This document shows positions 31,489 through 43,526 of a stretch of 64,000 bases of DNA, one piece after another. The position numbers and the translations under genes are program-made. This DNA comes from Haliotis cracherodii (taxonomy: Eukaryota): positions 36,084,001-36,148,000 of the forward strand of contig NW_027266275.1 in assembly GCF_022045235.1 (NCBI RefSeq), written 5' to 3'. The notes under the pieces are model-generated. The model made no database searches and had not been told where the DNA came from. It saw nothing but the letters and a program-made list of their open reading frames with translations. Within the stretch, counting starts at the first letter, position 1. The number at the start of each line of letters is the position of its first letter.

Positions 31489-33465
31489 CTGTGGGAGATG
31501 AGACCTCCCTTGAGACGGTGGCTCAGGGCTTCCATAATTATTTTTGAAAAAAAAGTTACAAGTTTCACAATGGTTTGAAAACACGGCCATATTCATGACA
31601 GTTGACGTACATAAAGTAAACTGTTGGAACTTGGAACGGAAGCAACTCTTTGCTACTTTTATTTCTGTGCTGTGATAACAGGAGTAAGACGCTTAAGTAT
31701 CAGTTGCTTATTACACTTAGTTTCAAAATAAAGAATGCGGATTCAAAATAACTCTGAATTTATGATAATCAGAGCTAAATTTCAAAATATATGACAAAAT
31801 CATGACAAACAACAGCAAAATAACAGGCCTGTGAGGTGTGAAACTACATACTCTTAGGCGATAAGTACCTCCCTGGCGAGTGTTGACGTCGTTTTTCTGT
31901 TTTTGATCAGTCACGAAGTCGGCGAGCCTGACCACCCGTTCCCGTTAGTCGCCACTTACATGTACGACAAGCATCCTGCAGTTTTGGTCGGTTGACGATG
32001 TATCACTTCACCGCACACAGTTGAGATATAGATTGTTCTTAAATCATGTTTAATAGATCTAGATGAAAAGAACAAGAAAAATGGTATAGTCTGTATTTGA
32101 TGACAATAGATAAACACATGGTGGAAACAGATTCAGACATTTAGATTATAAAAATTCAATAGAGACATCTGACAAGGTTCGATTCCAATATCAAGACAGG
32201 AGAGAGTATATGCTTCCGTCAAATGAGAATTTCTCCCCTCATCATTAAAAATAGGATCCGTGAAGATCCGGGGTGGAACAGGTCTTCAGTAACCCATCCT
32301 TGCCGCAAAAGGACACTGTGCTTGTCGTAAGTGGTGACTAAAGGGATCGGTTGATGCATGTCATCGTATCCCAAATCCGTGGATCGATGCTCATGATGTC
32401 AATCACTGAATTGTCTGGTCCAGACTCGATTATTTACAGACCGCCGCTATATAGCTGGAATATTGCTGAGTGCGGCGTTAAACAACAAACCAACCAAACC
32501 AAATGTTTCGATTGTCTGTGGTCTGTGACTTTATGCCCTAAAACTAGTGCTAGCCCACTGAGATAAAAGGCCATATTGTTTAACCCTCTCAGTGCCGAGA
32601 GCAAGACAGATAAAGAACAAGTACCATCTTTTAACATTTACTGGTGTGACGCGGCCGGGGATCGAACTAACCAACCGCTCTCCGGGCATAGTGGGGCTGA
32701 TATGAGTGATGTTAGAGATAAAACCTCCTGTTGGTATTGTGCTCACAATTTGGAACCAACCCTTTGGGATTCCAGTAAGAATATTGGTCCCCAGTAACCT
32801 ATGCTTGTCGCAACAAGCGTCTAAAAAGATCAGGTGGAAATTCTCGCGGACTTGGTTAATATCATTAATCGATGCTAATGATATCAATCACTGTATTGTC
32901 TGATCAAGATAAGATTATTTACAGATTACCGTCACATTAGAATATAATGAATGCAGCGTTAAACAATATTTTTCATTGAATATCTAGTAAACTACATGCT
33001 TCAGATAAAACAGTTGCCAACCAGGCACCTAAATTAATTACATTTTATTTTAATCAAGTGGGCACAGGTCTTCCAGTCGTCTAAGGCGCCGTAATGAAGA
33101 GTTGCATCCCTTGGGCACGCCCAAAACCTATGATCGTGAGTTCGAATTCTGGTTCGCCTAGATTATGTTTCTAGGTTTGTCAGCACCATACCTGTGTTCG
33201 TGTGTTTCACCAAAGTGGAAAACGTCTAAGACCTGCATTGCATTTGGCTTGTGATATTACTGGAATCGTGTTCAAAGCAGCATTAAACTCAACCCGCTCA
33301 CTCGCCAAACAAAGATTGCAGGTGATGATATATATAGAAGAAATATTCTATAAAAAGACATGTTCAATTGCCTGTAAGAAATTTATTTTAACATTAACAC
33401 TTGCAATCAACAACAAGAATTACTCATGCACAAGCCAATAACAAACAGATTTATTCATAGACGTC

Positions 33466-33515
33466 TGACGTCAGCAGTGTTTTTCTTGGAAATTAATCCT
33501 CCAGTACATATAAAA
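33466..33515 (+). promoter_or_regulatory. CRE plus TATA promoter of Ras-like gene 1
   Basis: TGACGTCA 33466-33473, TATAAAA 33509-33515, CCAAT 33435-33439. Conserved in the paralog (51253-51302). Confidence 0.7.
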
Positions 33516-33603
33516 GGTGAAGACAAATGCGTGTTGGTATCACTTTCTTTCTAGATCTCGAGAGTGTCATATCTGAGCGTTACAAGGTTTTCATCTGATA
33601 AAC

Positions 33604-34242
33604 ATGTCCTTGCCTGTACCATCAGTCAACTCTTCCACGTCTGGATCGGAGGGATCTTTCAGGATCACTGTGATGGGAGCTTCGGCAGTAGGTAAGAGCG
33701 CCATTATCAACCAGTTAATCTATGGAAAGTTTCTCCGAGGCTACGCGGCCACGATACAAGAACGCTTTATTACGGACATAGACGTGAACGGCAGACACGT
33801 CGTGCTTGACATCTTCGATACCCCCGGGGCCTACTGTTTCGCCAACGTAAGGAAACTGGCCATGACCAACGCCGATGCCTTTGTGTTGGTGTATTCTGTG
33901 GGAGACGAGTCATCCTTTGAGAACATGGCTAATCTGAGACATTTGATTGTCCAAGAGAAATCTGTCGACGTTCCTATCCTTGTTGTAGGAAACAAGACTG
34001 ATCTGACAACCACCGATCGCTTCATATCCAAAGACAAAGCTCAATGCATGGTGTCAAGCGGCTGGAATCACAGCTATATGGAAGCCTCTGCCAAAGACAA
34101 CGCCAACATTTCCGAAATATTCCAGCTGATTGTGAGCCAAACAAGATCCTATTTAACCGACAAAAGACGGCGCATGACTACGCCAACTGCCGCCCTAAAG
34201 ACACTTAGACGCAAACTGACGAGGTCCAAAACCTTCAACTAA
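33604..34242 (+). CDS. Intronless Ras-family small GTPase (RASD/Di-Ras/Rap-like), 212 aa, no CAAX
   Basis: G1 GASAVGKS, G2 YAATIQE, G3 DTPG, G4 NKTD, G5 EASAK. Basic C-terminus. ATTAAA at 34408. Confidence 0.92.
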   Translation: MSLPVPSVNSSTSGSEGSFRITVMGASAVGKSAIINQLIYGKFLRGYAATIQERFITDIDVNGRHVVLDIFDTPGAYCFANVRKLAMTNADAFVLVYSVGDESSFENMANLRHLIVQEKSVDVPILVVGNKTDLTTTDRFISKDKAQCMVSSGWNHSYMEASAKDNANISEIFQLIVSQTRSYLTDKRRRMTTPTAALKTLRRKLTRSKTFN

Positions 34243-35322
34243 TATAAAAGTTCTCACCATGGTGGTGGTCACCGATTGAATGGTCTCACTGAAGTGCTGA
34301 TTGTTATGCTTGAACATTATGACCTTTTTATGATGAATGTCCGCACTTAACTGAATATTCTAAGCATGATAGGTTCATATAACTGTCTAGTTTATTGTAT
34401 ATAAAATATTAAATCTGAAGCCTGTTGTTCTGTGTTTTTTCCAAGCAGTGGATATTAAGACTGACTACTTCTTGCTTAACAAAGGTATAAGAATCTATAA
34501 CGAAACGTCACTATCAAACGAATCTACATCACTGCATGGCAGCTGGTGGCGCATGTCACAGACGGCTACCACTTAGGCGCATGATTTTGTGTTGTTTGTT
34601 TGTTGTTTGACGCCGCACTACGGAATATTCTAGCTATATGACGGCGGTCTGTAAAATAATCGAGTCTGGACCAGACAATCCAGTGATTGACATCATGAGC
34701 ATCGATCCACGCAATTGGGATCGATGACAACCTAGTCAGCGAGCCTGACCACCCGATCCCGTTGGTCGCCTTTTACGACAAGCATAGTCGCCTTTTAGGG
34801 CAAGTATGGGTTCCTGAAGACCTATTCTACCCTGGAATCTTCACGGGTCCTTAGGCGCATGATCCAAGTACACGATTCCTGATTCTAAACTATTTATACA
34901 TACGAATCCGACTGAAGGAGTAATAAAAAGACATCACATATTCATACATGAATACACAGATTTTGTGTGTTGGTTTGTTGTTTAACGCCGCACTCAGCAA
35001 TATTCCAGCTACATGACGTCGGTCTGTAAATAATCGAGTCTGGACCAGACAATCCAGTGATTGAAATCATGAACATCGATCCACGCAATTGGGATCGATG
35101 ACATGCCTCAACCAAGTCAGCGAGCCTGACCACCCGATCCCGTTAGTCGCCTTTTACGACAAGCATAAGTCACCTTTTACGGCAAGCAAGGGTTGCTGAA
35201 GACCTATTCTACCCCGGAATCTTCACGGGCCCCACGCAATTGGGATTGATGACATGCATCAACCAAGTCAGCGAGCCTGACCACCCGATCCCGTTAGTCG
35301 CCTTTTACGACAAGAATACGGC

Positions 35323-35326
<4 letters not shown>

Positions 35327-35413
<87 letters not shown>
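35327..35413. repeat. (GA)n microsatellite
   Basis: Direct observation. Confidence 0.97.
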
Positions 35414-35419
<6 letters not shown>

Positions 35420-35771
35420 TTGCCTTATCATTTTTTTCTTGAAATATCAAGATACTCATTTGAAATTTCAAGTTATTTTTAAATGGCCCTAATAGGTTTC
35501 CGTACCTGACTCCTTGACAAAGTCAGTCATAATTCCCTTACTTAAGAAAGGAAACAAACAAAATCCAGATAATGACCGATAAATATCTCTTTTGTGTGTT
35601 CTACAGTTTATACCTCCATATTAAAAACCAGACATCTAATTGGGCAAATGTTAGAGATAAATGTGACAGAAATTCAAGCTGGTTTTCAACGGGAAATTCT
35701 GCAATGGATCATGTTTTCATTTGCAAGTGAACAAAACTGTTCCCTTTGTTGACATTCGAAAGGCACTCGAC

Positions 35772-36225
35772 GTCAGTACACTCGAATCCGTCCATCACTG
35801 TGGCTGAGGTGAAAAGGAGACTCGTCAGTGAATAGAAACTGTCGCCACTGCATGGCCGTCCAGCGTAGACGCTGTCTGCACCACTGTAGACGTGCTTGAC
35901 GGTGGTTTCCTGTCAAAATGGGACGTCTAGCTGGTCTTCTGGCGACAATCCCTGCACATCTGAGGCGACGACGTACGGTTTGTGAAGATATTCGTCGTAG
36001 GCCAGGGATGCTTTTTGCAGTCACTGTTGCTGGCTGGAATCGATTTTGTAGATGTTGTTCGAATCCAGTTATCTTGTCGAATATTGGTTACACGTGGCCT
36101 GCCACTTCGAGGATGGTCTCTGACTGCATTCGTCTGTTGCCAACGTTGCCATAAACACCAAATGGTGTTTCTGTGGATGTAAAGTGTCTTGCAACATCAC
36201 GTTGACTCGATCCTGCTTCAAGCAC
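35772..36225 (-). pseudogene. Tc1 transposase N-terminal fragment (duplicate at 42735-43190)
   Basis: ISSQTVRRRL...FTDES.F, paralogous to 25961-26370. Confidence 0.88.
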
Positions 36226-36523
36226 ATTGCTTGTGATTTATTGCTTTGATCATTGTCGGGGCTGATTATCTAGCTGGCTTCCCTTTGTCCACAGCCATTT
36301 CCATTCTATTACCTATCAGTGCTAATTACCCCCGGCCTCGCGCGTGCCCATTGCACATAACTAATCAGTGATAATTTAAGTCCTGGTTTCCAGTTCCGTC
36401 GCTAGCAACTATCAGCGTCAATTATCTGGTTTCTTTACTTGCTAAGTTTCCACCTTTGTTATCTTATTACTTTTGTTATTCTTACAGGTACGTTTATTTG
36501 TTCTCTGCCTCATAGCATTTATT

Positions 36524-36563
36524 CACCCGATGAAGGAGTAAGTATATACTCCGAAACGTTGTG
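36524..36563 (+). ncRNA. Minimal type I hammerhead ribozyme motif (CCGAUGA core variant)
   Basis: cac-CCGATGA-a-ggagta-agtata-tactcc-GAAA-cg-tt-gtg: helix I cac/gtg, 6-bp helix II, palindromic helix III. Confidence 0.72.
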
Positions 36564-38202
36564 TTCCTCATGATAAAGAAGTTGATATCCATAAATTCTC
36601 TTTCTTAAATGTTAAATTGTTTTCTGTTTTCACAGCTCAACGAAAATAGTACAACTGGAGTGAGCATCGTTAAAAATACATCTCACAGATGTCACTCAAA
36701 TGCCAGAACTATTTAATAGGATTGGCATTTATTTGAACTGAGGTTTCTGCCAAAAAATATGAATCAGAATGTCTTGAATGTTCTTGAAATAAAACAAACG
36801 ATCGAATCACGCATTGGTGTTTTAATAGTGGTATCTGACCCATACGTTTTGTTTCCCCTGTCCGTTTCGTATGTATTTATATGAAGTATGAAATGGAAAA
36901 TATACGTACGGATAATTGGAATCACTGTAAATGTTACCAGATTGGCTCATTTCAAGTGAACCAGGGTATAGGTTGAACAGGCTGTGTTGGTGTGAGTCAA
37001 GCTTATTGTGGTAAAAAGTCCTCATCACTGAGAGGATCCCCAAACGAAGTAGTGAGGAGGTTTTCAAAGGTGATAGAACTTTGTCTGCTTTAACGACAAA
37101 GGCAACACAATCCCGTACTTCACAAATAACATAGAGGCCCGTCTGTGCGATCACAAATGTCGCAGGTTTTCGTGCCATGTACTTTCTCAAACATCAACAC
37201 ATCTCCTCGCTTTATGTTGGCACTACAGTGGATTCGAATCCTACATGGCAGCAGGGAAATAAAAGTAGCAAAGAGTTGCTTCCATTCCAAAGTTTCAACA
37301 GTTCACTTTATGTACGTCAACTGTCATGAATATGGCCGTGTTTTCAAACCATTGTGAAACTTGAAAGTTTTTTTTAAAAAATAACAAGAGTTTGCCACTA
37401 ACGTGACTATATCCCCCGCCCCTGTTGCAGAATTTATGACATAATTAAATCCAAACAAACCCTAACCTTTTTTAACCGAGGTGGTACTTGTCATGGTAAA
37501 TGTAAAAAAAGAAAGAATTTGGAACCTTAGTCCATCTTGTTGCCATGGAAACGTTAAAAATAAAAATTTCTAAAATTTCTAAATAGCAAAAGGCACAAGT
37601 TCAGCATGTACCTGACAAACCTGCGAAGTTGGATGGAAAAATATTGAACGGTTTAGGATTTATGCTCTGGAAACGAACCCTACCCTAACAGAACCTAGGG
37701 CCATCTTGTTGTCATGGAAACGTAAAAAAGAAAAAATTCTAAAATTTCTAAATAGCAAAAGGCAGCAGTTCAGAATGTACGTGACAGACCTGCAAAGTTT
37801 GATGAAAAAATATTGAACGGTTTATGAGTTAGGCAGGATGCACACTTCGACCATTATTTTTGACGCATGCGTTAGGGTGCGATTTTATCAACACACAATA
37901 TGCGAATTACATGCGTTCTGTCATGCGATGAACTATGCGATAATTGTCTTTTCATTTCTTTTAGAATTAAGGCCTCTAAAATAGCTTGCCTTGTCCTTTT
38001 GGAGGAGTCTGAGGATGAGTGAGTGAGTGAGTTTGGTTTTACGCCGCTTTTAGCAATATGCCAGCAATATCACGGCGGGGGACACCAGAAATGGGCTTCA
38101 CACATTGTTCCCATGTCGGGAAATCGAACCCGGGTCTTCAGGGTGACGAGCGAACGCTTTAACCACTAGGCTACCCGACCGCCCCAGTCTGAGGATGAAG
38201 AA

Positions 38203-40069
38203 ATGGAGGAGGAGGAACTTTGTGTATGTCTGGCAATGTTTGAGAAAGAGAAAGGGGGTAAGAGAAAATTGTGGATCCATCCTTTCACCAACAATCGTCT
38301 GGATGAGGGATCCTACCATCGTTTGGTGAAGGAACTAGAATGGGATTGTGATGAGTTCCATGGATATTTCAGAATGTCGAAAGATATGTTCGATTACGTT
38401 TTGGCGAAAATTAAAGATGTCATCAAAAGACAAGACACACGGCTCTGCAAGTCCATTTCACCTAGGGAGAGATTGGCAGTTACATTAAGGTCAGTTACTT
38501 TCATTTAGCGTTGGTTTAAAAAAGAACAATATTCAAAATCATTGAATATGATCTTTAATTCTTAATATCACCCACTGTGTATGGTACAAAATAAGATTTT
38601 AAAAATCTAAATAAAATACTATTTGTCAAATATTGTGAGCCATACTCTTTGTCAAGTATTGTGAGCCATTCTGATTGTCAAATATTGTTACATATTCCAC
38701 ATTGGTGGTTGGTATTCAAAAGTACCCTCTTGCTGTGGGTAATAACTTCGATTGTAGACATCTGAACCAAAAGTAGCTTCGTGGAACACCTGAGCAATTT
38801 TGATTTTGACCATGCTCTTGCTGGATTCTGAAAGTTGACTCAGTTGAGCAGCATATGACATCATAGGACACTGGCAAATATTTTATCCCGTTGTTCTTGC
38901 CTCTCCTGGTTTCTCTCACGACTCTCCTTTAACATCGACACTATTTGAGATGACTCTTTGTTGTTGGATTATTGTTTCACTTGTTTCGTTTTGGGTGGTG
39001 CGGGTGAAGGAGAAACAGACCTTGATGAGCAGCTTGGAGAGGAAGACACAGACATGCTACGTTTCTTCCGCCTGAAATAGATAGAAATGATAGTTAATGT
39101 TTTTACATATCAAATGAAAAATGTGCTTTTTATTTTCAGATATCTGGCCACAGCGGAATCTTTCACGTCTCTTTCCTACAACTATAGAATCGGAGCAACA
39201 ACTATTGGTCTCATTGTGAAGGACATCTGTGCTGCTATCTGGCAGACAATGCAGCCAGAGTTTATGAAGGTGCCATCAACATCTGATGATTGGAGAGAAA
39301 TAGCCAATGGGTTTGAGGAATCTTGGCAGTTCCCAAATTGCTGTGGAGCTGTCGATGGAAAACATGTAGTGATGAAAGCCCCACCCAACTCGGGATCAGT
39401 ATTTTACAATTACAAAGGCACATTCTCCATCATCATCCTGGCTGCAGTTGATGCCTAGTACAGGTTCATCACAATTGATGTAGGATCATATGGTATGAAC
39501 AATGATTCTGGCGTATTTCGCTCATCAAAATTTGGACAGGCACTCAAAAATGAATCTCTCTTGTTGCCACAAGACAGTGCACTCCCAGGAGCTGAGGAAC
39601 TTGGAGAACTCCCCTACGTATTTATTGCTGATGTACGTTTGCCCTTGCTGAAGAATCTCATGAGACCATATGGAGGTCGAGGAAGAACAGAAGAGGAGCG
39701 TATTTTTAACTATCGCCTCAGCCGAGCCAGGAGGATAGTCGAGAGTGCTTTTGGGATTCTGGGTACAAGATGGAGAGTATTTCACACCAAAATAATGACG
39801 GAACCGAGCACAGCAAAGGAAATTGTAAAGGCAACGTGTGTTCTTCACAATTTCCTTCAAAGTGCTTCTGGAACAACCAACGAAACACTCACCCAGACCA
39901 TGCACGAGATGAGTGTTCAACGCTAGCAGGGCTGTCCAATTACACTAGACGAAACAGCAAGGTTGCTGAACAAATCAGAGACACCTACAAGCATTACTTT
40001 AACAATCAAGGACAACTAACCTGGCAGACCGAACTTGTAAGGAAAGGCTTGTTTCCAACGAAAGATTAA
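38203..40069 (+). pseudogene. Harbinger (HARBI1-like) DDE transposase, exons ending 38489 and starting 39140
   Basis: FRMSK..F, ISPRERLAVTLR|YLAT, FPNCCGAVDGKH, FIAD, RARRIVESAFG. Premature TAG at 39456-58, frameshift near 39920, SINE in exon 1. Confidence 0.92.
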
Positions 40070-40706
40070 TGAACTTACATAAGTTCAACTTGTTCTTGCA
40101 GTGGGGATATTTGTTCGTCATCACTATAGAGATCATCTTGTTCCTGGACGTCAGCGTCTTCTTTGTCGCTTGGCATGTTGCTGTCAGTGCTGCAGAAGAA
40201 GGGGATTGTTGACTTTACTTATCTAATTTGAAACAGTGATAGCTTTGTTTGACATGATTTTATTACCAGTAAAATAGTAAATAGTTTACCAATCATCCTC
40301 CATATAATCATCCAAGAACACAAAGGACTTAAACCAGGACCATTTTGGTTCCTATATGTCGGCAGTGCCAGCACCACCTTTTCTGCTTTCTTTCAATTCT
40401 CTTTTTTGCGCTTGTACGTGTCCTTTAAACTTCTCCAACAAGTTTTAGCTGAAACAAATAAACACCATTGTAATTTTTAGATAAAATATTGCAATTGAAG
40501 TTTATCATGCTGTATTTCCTTTTTTACTTACCTTCAGAAGTGCTGACATTCAGAGAATTTGCAATTGACGTCCAAATATTATCGATGACATCAATATCTC
40601 TATAATCTTTGGACCTCTTGTCATACAGAGTTGGGTTTCTTTCGACGAGACTAATCACCTCGTCATTGTTGATGCCGGAACATTTAGCTTGCTTTTTGCC
40701 TGCCAT
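38688..40706 (-). pseudogene. Harbinger accessory MADF (Myb/SANT-like) plus BESS-like gene, 4 exons
   Basis: Exons 40706-40532, 40448-40290, 40189-40079, 39071-38688, all GT-AG. LVERNPTLYD..W..IA, W.SLKDTY, KWSWF..F.FL, TDSN, then a BESS-like SYAAQL..L..SKSMVKIKIAQVFHE. Contains stops and frameshifts. Confidence 0.82.
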
Positions 40707-41191
40707 CCTGTGTGTTGATGCACAAAAACACAATAAAATACAGTAAAATACAATAAATGTATAAGATAAACATGCACAAGCGTGTGATTTGGTAGTTTAC
40801 ATTGCGTCATAGGAAAACGGAAAATAACGGAGCAAATCACCTGTTTCATACAACACGAGCAGCCATGTTGTTGGAAAACCCCTTTCTAAAGTGCCAATTT
40901 ATGACGTCATCAATGGATTTCCCTTGTGATTTGGAATGCGTTGCGTTAAAAATAGGAGCACCTCCTATCCAAATCGCATCGCAATCAATTTTCGCACGAA
41001 GTGTGTGACCTTAATGACAAAACCACTTCTTGCGTTTTTTGGATCACATCCCACGACGCAACGCATTGAAATTCGGACGTAGTGTGCATCCCGCCTTATG
41101 CTCCGAAACGTGACGGACGGACGTATGTTGGGCGGGGGATAATTATGGAAGCCCTGAGCCACCGTCTCAAGGGAGGTCTCATCTCCCAAAG

Positions 41192-41359
41192 AATACACAA
41201 CATGAGATGTCCGAAAATAGGAGGTGGTTCAGGTGTATCAAGGAGGTCAATTATGATCATTCTGCCCTTCACGTCAATGTCTTTGGTGTAGCGTTCTTGC
41301 ACTATTGGGCAGTAGACCTGATTAAAGGTCTTGTTTACAAGGTGGTTGATGATGGTCAT
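41192..41359 (-). pseudogene. Ras-like GTPase fragment, copy 3
   Basis: MTIINHLVNKTFNQVYCPIVQERYTKDIDVKGRMIIIDLLDTP. Confidence 0.72.
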
Positions 41360-41486
41360 ACACGATACATACTGACGTCAACGTTGTGTGAAAACAACTC
41401 CACCATCCCTGTCTGACAAGGATGGCCACTCCCTGTCTGATATGATAATCAGAGCTTAATTTCCCGATATAACAGGCCTGTTCTGA

Positions 41487-41657
41487 AGCTATATGGAAGC
41501 CTCTGCCAAAGACAACGCCAACATTTCCGAAATATTCCAGCTGATTGTGAGCCAAACAATATCCTATTTAACCGACAAAAGACGGCGCATGACTACGCCA
41601 ACTGTCGCCCTAAAGACACTTAGACGCAAACTGACGAGGTCCAAAACCTTCAACTAA
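41487..41657 (+). pseudogene. 5'-deleted copy of the Ras-like gene (G5 to stop, plus 3'UTR)
   Basis: SYMEASAKDNAN...RSKTFN* nearly identical to 34072-34242, fused to upstream sequence through a ttctga junction at 41481-41486. Confidence 0.9.
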
Positions 41658-42249
41658 TATAAAAGTTCTCACCATGGTGGTGGTCACCGATTGAATGGTC
41701 TCACTGAAGTGCTGATTGTTATGCTTGAACATTATGACTTTTTTATGATGAATGTCCGCACTTAACTGAATATTCTAAGCATGATAGGTTCATATAACTG
41801 TCTAGTTTATTGTATATAAAATATTAAATCTGAAGCCTATTGTTCTGTGTTTTTTCCAAGCAGTGGATATTAAGACTGACTACTTCTTGCTTAACAAAGG
41901 TATAAGAATCTATAACGAAACGTCACTATCAAACGAATCTACATCACTGCATGCCAGGTGGTGGCGCATGTCACAGACGGCTACCACTTAGGCGCATGAT
42001 TTTGTTTTGTTTGTTTGTTGTTTAACGCCGCACTACGGAATATTCTAGCTATATGACGGCGGTCTGTAAAATAATCGAGTCTGGACCAGACAATCCAGTG
42101 ATTGACATCAGGAGCATCGATCCACGCAATTGGGATCGATGACAACCTAGTCAGCGAGCCTGACCACCCGATCCCGTTAGTCGCCTTTTACGACAAGAAT
42201 AGTCGACTTTTACGGCAAGCGTGGGTTGCTGAAGACCTATTCTACCCCG

Positions 42250-42397
42250 NNNNNNNNNNNNNNNNNNNNNNNNNNNNNNNNNNNNNNNNNNNNNNNNNNN
42301 NNNNNNNNNNNNNNNNNNNNNNNNNNNNNNNNNNNNNNNNNNNNNNNNNNNNNNNNNNNNNNNNNNNNNNNNNNNNNNNNNNNNNNNNNNNNNNNNN
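42250..42397. other. Assembly gap (N run)
   Basis: 148 N, at the position of the SINE/(GA)n tract of the paralogous unit. Confidence 0.99.
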
Positions 42398-43486
42398 TTT
42401 CTTGAAATATCAAGATACTCATTTGAAATTTCAAGTTATTTTTAAATGGCCCTAATTGGCTTCCGTACCTGACTCCTTGACAAAGTCAGTCATAATTCCC
42501 TTACTTAAGAAAGGAAACAAACAAAATCCAGATAATGACCGATAAATATCTCTTTTGTGTGTTCTACAGTTTATACCTCCATATTAAAAACCAGACATCT
42601 AATTGGGCAAATGTTAGAGATAAATGTGACAGAAATTCAAGCTGGTTTTCAACGGGAAATTCTGCAATGGATCATGTTTTCATTTGCAAGTGAACAAAAC
42701 TGTTCCCTTTGTTGACATTCGAAAGGCACTCGACGTCAGTACACTCGAATCCGTCCATCACTGTGGCTGAGGTGAAAACGAGACTCGTCAGTAAATAGAA
42801 ACTGTCGCCACTGCATGGCCGTCCAGCGTAGACGCTGTCTGCACCACTGTAGACGTGCTTGACGGTGGTTTCCTGTCAAAATGGGACGTCTAGCTGGTCT
42901 TCTGGCGACAATCCCTGCACATCTGAGGCGACGACGTACGGTTTGTGAAGATATTCGTCGTAGGCCAGGGATGCTTTTTGCAGTCACTGTTGCTGGCTGG
43001 AATCGATTTTGTAGATGTTGTTCGAATCCAGTTATCTTGTCGAATATTGGTTACACGTGGCCTGCCACTTCGAGGATGGTCTCTGACTGCATTCGTCTGT
43101 TGCCAACGTTGCCATAAACACCAAATGGTGTTTCTGTGGATGTAAAGTGTCTTGCAACATCACGTTGACTCGATCCTGCTTCAAGCACATTGCTTGTGAT
43201 TTATTGCTTTGATCATTGTCGGGGCTGATTACCTAGCTGGCTTCCCTTTGTCCACAGCCATTTCCATTCTATTACCTATCAGTGCTAATTACCCCCGGCC
43301 TCGCGCGTGCCCATTGCACATAACTAATCAGTGATAATTTAAGTCCTGGTTTCCAGTTCCGTCGCTAGCAACTATCAGCGTCAATTATCTGGTTTCTTTA
43401 CTTGCTAAGTTTCCACCTTTGTTATCTTATTACTTTTGTTATTCTTACAGGTACGTTTATTTGTTCTCTGCCTCATAGCATTTATT

Positions 43487-43526
43487 CACCCGATGAAGGA
43501 GTAAGTATATACTCCGAAACGTTGTG
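43487..43526 (+). ncRNA. Minimal type I hammerhead ribozyme motif (duplicate)
   Basis: Identical to 36524-36563. Confidence 0.72.

Larger units (their letters stand above)
37832..41095 (+). mobile_element. PIF/Harbinger DNA transposon, copy 1
   Basis: TIRs GGC(A/G)GGATGCACACT, TTA TSD at 37829-31 and 41096-98, transposase plus MADF gene. Confidence 0.95.
37383..41141. mobile_element. Helentron-associated non-autonomous element (HINE-like) split by Harbinger, copy 1 (copy 2 at 44338-48180)
   Basis: aacaagag start, tatcccccgcc/ggcgggggata inverted motifs, two tandem core repeats (ccatcttgttg.catggaaacg), (GACG)n tract, terminal hairpin. The empty site aaaataattatgg at about 27722 shows insertion without a TSD. 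Confidence 0.7.
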
